A DNA stretch of 64,000 nucleotides from an archaeon (GTDB taxonomy: Archaea; Nanobdellota; Nanobdellia; SCGC-AAA011-G17; GW2011-AR17). The notes beneath the pieces are model-generated. The model searched no databases and was not told the origin of the DNA. It saw only the letters and a program-made list of their open reading frames with translations. Within the stretch, counting starts at the first letter, position 1. Each line of letters opens with the position of its first letter. The translations under genes and the position numbers were made by a program. This document shows, one piece after another, positions 37,487 to 47,100 of the stretch. The stretch is taken from positions 21,972 through 85,971 of the forward strand of contig JABHZQ010000025.1 of assembly GCA_018656555.1 (NCBI GenBank). Reading direction: 5' to 3'.

Positions 37487-38842
37487 ATGAAAAAAGGTTT
37501 TATTTATGGTGGTGCAGGAGTATTAGCTATTGTTGCTGTTGTTATTGCTTTGGCTGGAGGGGAGTTAGAGTGTGATGATAATGGTGATGGGATTGTTGAT
37601 GCTGAGGAATTAGAAATTTGTAGTCCCGGTTATATTGTAACTCAAATTAATACAGAAGAGAATGGGAAGATTGCTGTGAGGATAGATATACCTGATGAAC
37701 TTAGATATGGGGATGAAGCTCCAATAGTTGTTGTTGCTTCTACTTGGTTTGTTGAAAAGTATAATGATGAACAGAGTGAGTTTCACTTGATTTATAATCC
37801 TGTAGATGTTGGTGCTGTATCTGTTACTAATTTATGGCCTGGTAAGTATGATAAAAATACTGGAGTTGTTAGTGAAGGAGAGTATGATTTTGGTGGTGAG
37901 GATAGTTTGGCTGCTTTGAGAGATACAATTAGATTTTCTTTAGGTGAAATTCCAGATGTTAATGGAAAGTATTTACATGAATTGATTGAAGTTGATGTTC
38001 TTTATGATAATGTAGGAATGTTTGCTTCTTCCCATGCGGGGGTGGTTGCTACAAATGTTATGGCTTATTATGGAGAGGATTTACAATCTTTGAAGTATTT
38101 TGTTGGAAGAGAGAATCCTACCATGGCAGAGATGTATCCTTTGGAGATTGGACATTTTGATGAAGTTAAAAATAAAGTTTATAATCCTTATTATGATTAT
38201 AAGGGCTATACCTCCACTTCTATTGATGTTGATTATTCTGAAGTAACTTGGGTTGAGCAAGAGGAAGGGGGAAGGCCAGCCTTTGGAGATTATGTTTTAG
38301 ATTATAAGGGGCCACAGATAGATGGGAAATCTTATTTTTCACAAGCACTTACTCATGCTTTGTATGATAATGAAGCCTTTGATGAATGGCCAGATAATAT
38401 TGCAACTGTTGAAGAGGTGGATGAGTTTTGGCCTTATAGAATTACTGTGAATAACTACGATAAGATTGGAGAGAAGTTACCTGAATTGAAAGTGTTACTT
38501 CCTTTTGCTGCTGCTGATCATGTCCAAGCTGCTGATGATAAACCCCATATAAGGCAAGCTTATGATGGGTTTCATAAAACTGCTGGTTTGTGGACTAGGT
38601 TGAATTGTGATATTTCTTATGTTCAATCTGAGATTCATTCTAGTGCTGATGAAAATTTTCCTGATAATGATGCAAACAATGAACCAGATAGTTGGTATTT
38701 GGAAATTGAGGATTGGGGATTTCCAGATAAGTTGAATAATGAATTGACAGCTAGAACTGTTCCTTTGGCTGGTGTTGCAGAGATGGCTGATAGAGTTTAT
38801 TATGATAATTGGGATGATAATCTGGATGAAGTTTTGCAGTAA
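37487..38842 (+). CDS. Membrane-anchored/secreted protein, possible alpha/beta hydrolase fold
   Basis: N-terminal TM; DDNGDGIVDAEE Ca-binding loop; nucleophile-elbow-like GMFASSHAG; late His in ADHVQ. Confidence 0.5.
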   Translation: MKKGFIYGGAGVLAIVAVVIALAGGELECDDNGDGIVDAEELEICSPGYIVTQINTEENGKIAVRIDIPDELRYGDEAPIVVVASTWFVEKYNDEQSEFHLIYNPVDVGAVSVTNLWPGKYDKNTGVVSEGEYDFGGEDSLAALRDTIRFSLGEIPDVNGKYLHELIEVDVLYDNVGMFASSHAGVVATNVMAYYGEDLQSLKYFVGRENPTMAEMYPLEIGHFDEVKNKVYNPYYDYKGYTSTSIDVDYSEVTWVEQEEGGRPAFGDYVLDYKGPQIDGKSYFSQALTHALYDNEAFDEWPDNIATVEEVDEFWPYRITVNNYDKIGEKLPELKVLLPFAAADHVQAADDKPHIRQAYDGFHKTAGLWTRLNCDISYVQSEIHSSADENFPDNDANNEPDSWYLEIEDWGFPDKLNNELTARTVPLAGVAEMADRVYYDNWDDNLDEVLQ

Positions 38843-38874
38843 TTTTTATATAGTCTGATTCTTTGTAAGTTTTT

Positions 38875-39597
38875 ATGAAAAGGTTGGAAAAGTTAAGACT
38901 GACTGTGAAAAGTAAAGATTCTAATATTGCTTTTGCAGATTTTACAGAGGTGTATGATGTTGAAGTTACAATTGGTAAAAGTAATTGTAGTATAAATATT
39001 AATTCTCCAAAAGTTGCTGCTATCCAAGGAGTGTTTGGTATGAAAGAGAAGGGTATTTTGTTTTTTTATGTTAGGAAGGGGGGTGTTGTTTATTTTAATC
39101 GTGGGAGAAGATGGATAAGGGCAAATGAAGGATCTAAGGTGGAATTGAATAAAGGAAATAGGCTTGGTTTTTTAGGTCCTGGAATTGAACCGGTTGGAGA
39201 GATTGATGATGTAACTGTTGAAGTTTCTATTGTTGAGATAATAACTGAAAATGTTCCTCAATTAGTTTTGAGGTGGGGAACTTTTGGTGCGAGGGTAGGT
39301 GAAATGCAAAGACAAGGTTTTGATAGGGATTTAGAGATTAAGGTTGGTGCTGTTGGAGGTAATGATATTATTTTAGATGATGGACATGTTTCTGGAAAGC
39401 ATGGAATGTTTAAAGTGGAGGGAAGTGTTTGGTATTATTATGATTTAAGCAGCACAATGGGTTCTTGGATTTATCAAGGGGGGCATTGGCATCAAGTAGC
39501 TGGGAAGATTCAAGTTTTTAAAGATACAAGGATTGTTTTTCTTGGAGAGGGGAGAAGACCAGTTTTTAAAATTGAGGTAGAAACTTTTAATGGGTGA
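38875..39597 (+). CDS. Tandem FHA-like domain protein (degenerate)
   Basis: IKVGAVGGNDIILDDGHVSGKHGMF..YYDLSSTMGSWI is an FHA pattern; weaker N-terminal copy TIGKSNCSININSPKVAAIQG. Confidence 0.75.
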   Translation: MKRLEKLRLTVKSKDSNIAFADFTEVYDVEVTIGKSNCSININSPKVAAIQGVFGMKEKGILFFYVRKGGVVYFNRGRRWIRANEGSKVELNKGNRLGFLGPGIEPVGEIDDVTVEVSIVEIITENVPQLVLRWGTFGARVGEMQRQGFDRDLEIKVGAVGGNDIILDDGHVSGKHGMFKVEGSVWYYYDLSSTMGSWIYQGGHWHQVAGKIQVFKDTRIVFLGEGRRPVFKIEVETFNG

Positions 39598-39953
39598 TTA
39601 ATATGGAACCTGGACCTTCAATTTTTTTAGAGATTACAGATGAACGTGAAACTTATACTAGAGAATACTATTTGAGTAGGGATTTGGAGATTGGTGGTCA
39701 TGCTTATGGTATTCATATTGATAGCCCTCATGTTTCTAATGTTCATGGGAAGATTTTTTTGAGAGGAGGTCATGTTATTTACCAGGGGAATCCAAGATGT
39801 GAAACTTACTTGGGAAGATTGGGAGGGTTTACTACAATAGGTACTAATCCTGTTCAATTGGGAGTAAGGGATGTTTTACAAGTTAGATTTTCTGGGAAGG
39901 TTGTGCTTTCTATTACTGTTAAGGGCTTTAAACAAATGAGGAAAGCTGTTTAG
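39594..39953 (+). CDS. Single FHA-like domain protein (degenerate)
   Basis: EIGGHAYGIHIDSPHVSNVHGKIF..PVQLGVRDVLQV; 4-nt overlap with the upstream gene. Confidence 0.7.
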   Translation: MINMEPGPSIFLEITDERETYTREYYLSRDLEIGGHAYGIHIDSPHVSNVHGKIFLRGGHVIYQGNPRCETYLGRLGGFTTIGTNPVQLGVRDVLQVRFSGKVVLSITVKGFKQMRKAV

Positions 39954-39988
39954 GAAGTTTTTTAAATTAGAATTTGTTTTTTATAGTT

Positions 39989-40831
39989 ATGATTGAGAAC
40001 CATATTAAGACTGTAATTTTATTGGGGGTATTAACTGGTGTTTTTTTGGGAGTGGGATATTTATTGGGATCAAATACTGGGTTAGCTTTTGGTTTAGCTT
40101 TTGCTGTTTTGATTAATTTTGGTGCTTATTTCTTTTCAGATAAGATTGTTTTAGCTATGTATAGAGCTAAAGAGGTTAAAGAGAAGGATAATCCTGAATT
40201 ATATAGAATTGTTAAGGAAGTTGTGCATTTGGCTCAAATTCCAATGCCTAAGTTGTATATTGTAAATAGTGCAAATCCTAATGCTTTTGCTACTGGAAGA
40301 AATCCAAAGAATAGTGCTGTTGCTGTGACCACTGGGATTTTGGATCTATTAGATAATAGTGAGTTGAAGGGAGTTATAGCTCATGAGCTTTCTCATATTA
40401 AGAATAGAGATATTCTTGTTTCAACTATTGCAGCTACAATTGCAGGTGTTATTTCTTATGTAGGTATGTTTGCAAGATGGGGTGCTATTTTTGGTGGGGG
40501 CGATAATAATAACAATAATATAGTTAGTTTGTTGGTATTAGGGATAATTACTCCAATAATGGCAGTTATTATTCAGTTGGCTATTTCAAGAACTAGAGAG
40601 TATATGGCTGATGAGAGTGCTGCTAAGATTTTGCATAGTCCTAATGGTTTGATTGGAGCTTTGGAGAAATTACATAATGGTGCTAAAAGACATCCTTTGA
40701 AGTTTGGTTCTAAAGCTGGTGCTTCTTTGTTTATTGTTAACCCTTTTTCTGCTAAGGGGTTTTTTTCTTGGTTGAGTACTCATCCACCTATGAATAAAAG
40801 AATTGAAAGATTGAAAGATCTTAATTTCTAA
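39989..40831 (+). CDS. htpX: Zinc metalloprotease HtpX (M48)
   Basis: PNAFATGRNP, AVTTG, GVIAHELSH, SRTREYMAD, STHPP. Start moved to ATG 39989, 22 nt after a TATA-like box. Confidence 0.95.
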   Translation: MIENHIKTVILLGVLTGVFLGVGYLLGSNTGLAFGLAFAVLINFGAYFFSDKIVLAMYRAKEVKEKDNPELYRIVKEVVHLAQIPMPKLYIVNSANPNAFATGRNPKNSAVAVTTGILDLLDNSELKGVIAHELSHIKNRDILVSTIAATIAGVISYVGMFARWGAIFGGGDNNNNNIVSLLVLGIITPIMAVIIQLAISRTREYMADESAAKILHSPNGLIGALEKLHNGAKRHPLKFGSKAGASLFIVNPFSAKGFFSWLSTHPPMNKRIERLKDLNF

Positions 40832-40856
40832 ATTGTTTATTTTAAAAATCGATATC

Positions 40857-40908
40857 TTTATATATTCTAATATAAGTTAAATAGCTTATATAAGTTATAA
40901 AGTTTATA
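40857..40908 (+). promoter_or_regulatory. Promoter with repeated/inverted TATAAG elements, candidate operator of the HTH gene
   Basis: ATATAAG-N8-CTTATAT (40870-40891), palindrome CTTATATAAG (40885-40894), then TTATAAAG and TTTATAA before the ATG. Confidence 0.5.
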
Positions 40909-41100
40909 ATGGGTTTGACTGAGAAAGAGGTAGAGGTATTAAGATTAAAGAGGAAAGGGTTTACTCAGATTCAAATAGCTAAAAGATTAAAGATTTCTCA
41001 ACCAGCTGTTTCTTTTTTTTATAGAAATGCAATGAATAAGATTAGAGATAGTTATGAAACTGTTAAGTTGGCTAAAAAATTGAAGGTGAAAGATGAGTAA
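40909..41100 (+). CDS. Small HTH DNA-binding protein (LuxR/sigma70-region-4/Tfx-like)
   Basis: LTEKEVEVLRL..GFTQIQIAKRLKISQPAVS; its stop overlaps the next start. Confidence 0.85.
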   Translation: MGLTEKEVEVLRLKRKGFTQIQIAKRLKISQPAVSFFYRNAMNKIRDSYETVKLAKKLKVKDE

Positions 41101-44100
41101 GAGAGATTCACTTAGGACTATTGTAGTTATGATTTTAGCTATAGTTAGTTTGTGTTTTTTATCTTATACTGGTATGTATTTTGTTGAGCCTGATCTGGTA
41201 TATTTTGATTTGAATGAGAGTTGGGATTTAAATGGTAGTTTTGTTAGAGTTAGTCTGAATGATGAAGTTTATGATTATGATATTTATGTATTGATAGATC
41301 AAGTGTTTGTAGATTTAAGTGATGTTGAATTTAATTCTACTGGTGAGGGTTATGTTGATCTAATTGTTAATGAAGAAGTTGTTGATTCTATGAGTTTTTA
41401 TGTTTTAGATAATCTGGTTAATGAGACAAAAGATATTATTGCAGAACCAACTAATGAGACTATTTTAGATAATCCAGTAGAAGAGATTCTTGGTGGTCAG
41501 GAAGAAGTTATTGAAACAATGGATGAGACTAATCCTCCATCACATACTGCACCTATTTTGAATAGTACTGGAAGTAATTTGACAACTAATAATTTAACTG
41601 TTTTTAATCAGAGTACTGATGATTTAGATGGAGATCCAGTTAAGAATATTTATAATTGGTATAGAAATGGAGTTAGTTTGGCTGTCTTGAATATGCCTAT
41701 GGAAGGAGAGGTTTCTAATATGACAAATGTTAGAGATTATTCGGGGAATGGTAATAATGGGACTAATATTAGTGCAATTTGGAATAGGTTTGGTGGTTAT
41801 GATGGTTATGGTGCTTTTGAGTTTGATGGGATTGATGATTGGATTAATGTGGGCTATGATGATACATTAAATATTACTGAAGATTTATCTATTTCTTATT
41901 GGATAAAAAATTCAACAAACAATAATGCAGCCACTACTGATTGGGTAATTACTCGAGGAGATAGTTGGAATAATTTTAATTGGGGAATAGTCAAATCAAC
42001 TGGAGTTCTTGGAAAATTCCAATTTAGAATAACCCCTTATTGTAATGGGACGGGGGCAAGTGCTGGAAATTTCTATATTCAGGATGATAATTGGCATCAT
42101 GTTGCTGTTGCATATGAGAGTAGTGATGGAACTTACAATGTATGGGTTGATGGGGTTGTAAATTTAACTGCAGATACTTCTCTTGAAACATTGTGTTCTA
42201 CTACTAATGATTTGTATATTGGGGGAGGAATTACAAGTCGTTATTTTAATGGTTCTTTAGATGATGTAATGATTTTTAATAGAACTTTAACACCTCAACA
42301 GGTTGCTGCTCTTTATTTGAATCAATCTAATAGAATTGTTTCAAAAGAAACTACTGTTGGTGAGACCTGGAATGCTACTGTTACTCCTAATGATGGTTTT
42401 ATTGATGGGGAAACTCTTTGGACTGGTATTTTAGAAATTGTTTCTAATAATGCGCCGACACATACTACTCCTATTTTGAATTCTTCTTTAGGTACTAATT
42501 TGACAACTGAAAATTTAACTGTATATAATCAAAGTACTGCTGATGCTGATGGAGATAGAGTTAAGAATATTTATAATTGGTATGCGGAAAATGTAAGTCT
42601 TACTTTGTTGAATATGCCTTTTGAAGGTCATAGTTCTAATTTGACTCATGTTAAAGATTATTCTCCTTATGGAAATAATGGTACTAATTATAGTGCAGAA
42701 TGGAGTTCAACAAGTGGGTATGATGGTTATGGGTCTTTTGAATTTGAAGAATCAGATTATATTAATATGGGAGATAATGTAGATATTGGCACAAGTACTG
42801 ATATGTCTATTTCAACATGGATAAAAACTTCAACTAGAAATCAAGAGATTTTAGCTAAATCTGCAGGATCTACACCTTTGTATAGATTACAAGTAACAAC
42901 TGGTGGAGCAATATTAGGAAGAGTTAATGATGGTTCTAATAATGTAGCTTCAACTGGAACAACAAATGTTAGTGATGGTGCTTGGCATCATATTGTTTGG
43001 ACTTTGGATAGAGAGGATGAACAAGTAATTTATGTTGATGGGGTTGAAGAAGATAGAGATGATATTTCTGCAGTGGGAGATTTAGACAATTCTGGTATTT
43101 TAGCTATTGGAAGATTTGGTTCTTCTGCTACAAGTTATTTTAATGGTTCAATTGATGAGGTTATTATTTTTAATGCATCTCTAAGTGGGGATCAAGTTTT
43201 AGCTTTGTATCAAAATAGAACTGATCTGATACATTCTAGTATGACTGAAAAAGATATTGAGTGGAACGTTACAATTACACCTAATGATGGTTTTGTTGAT
43301 GGAGAGACTTTAAGTGTGGGATATTTAAGGATTCTTAATTCTCCAGTTATTCATGATGATCCTTTGTTAAATTCAACTTTAGGTACAAACTTAACTTCAG
43401 AAAATTTAACAGTTTATATTGTGGATCCAACTGATCCTGATGATGATAGTTATAATAATATTGTTAATTGGTATAGAAATGGGGCACCATTTAATATTTT
43501 GAATATTCCTCTAGAGGGAGAAGAGAGTAATTTAACAAGTGCAAAAGATTATTCTGGGTATAATAATAATGGTTCTATTATTTTAGATGGGGCTGGTGTT
43601 GGTTTGACTTGGAATAGAACTGGGGGTTATGATGGTGGAGGATCTTATGAGTTTGATGGTATTGATGATTATATTGCTATTAATGATCAGGATATGTTTG
43701 ATTTTGAGGATGAGAACTTTACAATTTCCCTTTGGATGAAATCTGATGCTGATGCAAGTATTAGTACTGCTATGAGGATTATTGGAAAGGGTAGAGTGGG
43801 TAGTGATATTGGGTATGATGTTTATTATCAACCAAGTAATGATAGAATTGGTTTTGGAGATGTGTCTGGAAGTGTTTATGTGTCTAGTCTTAGTGTTAAT
43901 GATGGTAATTGGCACCATATTGCTGTTAGATATATGCAAGGTAATTATTATGAGATTTATTATGATGGAGTAAATCAGACTATTTCTGGTTCGGGAACTT
44001 TAAATGGATTTGATGCTACAAGTGCACCCTTGACTATTGGAACTAGAATTTATGGGACTCCTGTTCATTTGTATAATGGTTCTGTTGATGAAGTTAGGAT

Positions 44101-47100
44101 TTTTAATTATACTTTGACACCAGAGGAGATTTTATTTTTAGCTAAGTATAGTACTAGTTTGATATCTTCATATGGAACAAGTAATGGTGAAGTATGGAAT
44201 GCTACTTTGACTCCTAATGATGGTTATGCTGATGGAGATACTAAATGGAGTAATAGTCTAGAGATTTTGGGTGGTTGTGTTGATGCTGATGGAGATGGTT
44301 GGAATGCAAGTGGGGCTGGTTGTGGTGTAGCTGATTGTGATGATAGTGATCCAATTACTAGACCTCTTGTAGATGGAGAGGTTCCTGTTAATGGTACTTT
44401 GAATAATTTAACTACAAGTATTATTATGTGTAATAATACTTATAATTTTGATATTTATGGTGCACCAACAGTTGCAAGAGCTATTCAAACACAAGCCGCT
44501 AATTTGCTTATTGACTGTAATGGTTCTTATTTGTTAGGTAATGCAACGGCAAGAGGTATGGCTATAGCACCATCACATGATAATATTACAATAAGGAATT
44601 GTGTAATTGATAATTTTACTGCAGCTTTTAGAGGAACAGATTTTAATTTTGGAGATGATGTATTTATTGATAATATTGTTGTAGGAACTACAGTAAATCA
44701 AACTATTGCTGGAAATAATGCAGATCGTTGGACTGTTTTTAATTCCACTTTGGCAGGAAATAAGAAAGGTGATGTGGGGATTGATATGTATTCAACTACA
44801 GTGATTAATTTTACACATAATATTGTGAATATGAGAATGAGAATAACATCAACTAATTCAGTTGTAAGGAGTAATAATTTTAACTATCCAGTTGATATTT
44901 ATGGGACTGGTACAGTTGCAGCATATAATAATTTTTCAGATGATGTAGGGATGTATGGGACAGGGAATAATACTTATGAGTTTAGTAATTTTTCTTCTGG
45001 GGATTTAGCTTTGTATCCTTCAGGGTCACTTTATTTTAGAAATAATACTGTGAGACCTAATGTTTCTTCTTTCCAGATGAATGGAGATGGTTTTGAAATT
45101 GAGGATAATGTTTTTGAGACTCCTAATGTGGCTAGAAATGCTTATTTTGGACTTCAACCCTGGGGTAATCCTGTAATGGCAAATTATTTAGTTAAAGATA
45201 ATTGGATTAATTCAACTGGAACTTTAGAGACTTTTAGACATGTTTTTTCAGTTGCAACAGGAAATATAACTTTTGTTAATAATACAATTTATACTCCCCT
45301 AAATAATTCCATAAGACTTTCTAATATTACTGGTTTTGTCAATATTAGTTATAATAATTTTGTTAGGGGTGGAAGGGGTGTTGATTTGGGTAATGTTTAT
45401 GATGGTGGTGAGATAAAGATTTATGCAAATAACTTTACAAATATTACAAATACTTCTATTACACTATATGATTTTACTGATTTTAATATAAGTAATAATT
45501 ATTTTTACAAAAATGGGTTTGCAATTTATTTAGATAATGTAAGTAATGGAGATATTGCTTATAATAACTTTACAAATACTTGGTTTAATGGTGTGGAAGG
45601 TGTTGGAACAGCAATAACTGGTAGGAATGTTACTTATTCAAGGTTTACAAAGAATTATTTTTATACTAGTGAAGACGGAGATATTCAAATTGGTAATTCA
45701 AGTTATAATAATTTAACTTATAATACAATTCAAGATACTTCTGGAGGAGATAATATCTTGTTTTCAGGTAAGGGTATTTTTAATATTTTTTCCCATAATT
45801 ATTTTGGAGGGGGAGGGAGTCCAGCCCTAACTTTATATGGTGATGATAATACTGTTTATAATAATACCATTTATGACCAAAGTTTAGGTATTTATATTAT
45901 TGGTAATAGTGCGAATGTTTCTAGTAATAATATAAGTTTGATTACTTCTGGTGAAAGTACTGCAGCTATAACTTTTTTAGTTTCAAATATGGGATCTATT
46001 TCTCGGAATAATATAAGTCATACAGATAGGGGTATCTATTTTTCAACTGCTGATAATATGACTTTATTTGATAATTATATTTATAATATGACCTTTGAGG
46101 GAATTCATTTATTGAATGGTAATAATCATACTATTTTTAATAACAATATTACTCTGGCCAGTAATTTTGCAATTGTTATGAATTCAAGTGAAGGTAATGT
46201 GATTTATAATAATTATTTTAATGCTGTTGTTCCTACTTGGGATAATAATACCAATTATTGGAATACCACAGAGCAGACAGGGCCCAATATTTTTGGTGGG
46301 ACAGATATGGGGGGTAATTATTTTAGTAACTATACTGGATATGATCATGATAATGATGGAATAGGAGATAATTTTGATTATGGAATTACTGCAGGAGCTA
46401 TGTTGGATTATCTTCCTTTGATAAATACTTGGGGCAATACTGTTCCAACCCAAAGTGCACCTGTATTAAATAGTACTTTTGGAACTAATTATACTACAGA
46501 AAATTTGACTACTTATAGCCAAGGAGTTAGTGATCTTGATGGAGATTTAATTAAGAAGATTACTAATTGGTATTTGAATGGTACTTCTTTATTAGTTTTG
46601 AATATGCCTTTTGAAGGTGAGATAAGTAATCAAACCAATGTTAAAGATTATTCAAGTTATGGTAGTAATGGAACTAATTATAGTGCTATGTGGAATAGAA
46701 CTGGTGGTTATGATGGTTATGGGGCTTTTGAGTTTGATGGAGATAATGATTATTTGATTATTCCTTCTTCTGAGAATTTAAATTTAACAGATGCTATTTC
46801 TGTAGAGGCGAGGTTTTTGATAAAAACTCCTTGTGAGAATTATGCTAGAATACTTTCTAAAGAAATTAATGATGTTAGTAATATTGATGATAGTTTCCTT
46901 TTGGGTTTTGATATTTCTTGTAATGATATTGCATTTCAAGTGTTTAATGAATCTCAAGAAGCAAGTACAGCTTTGACTAGTGGAGATATTTTATCTTCAG
47001 ATACTTGGTATCATGTTGTTGGAACTTATGAAATGGATGTAGGTACAAAAGTATATGTTAATGGTAATTTGAGTACTTCTGCAGAAGGATTTGGATCTAT

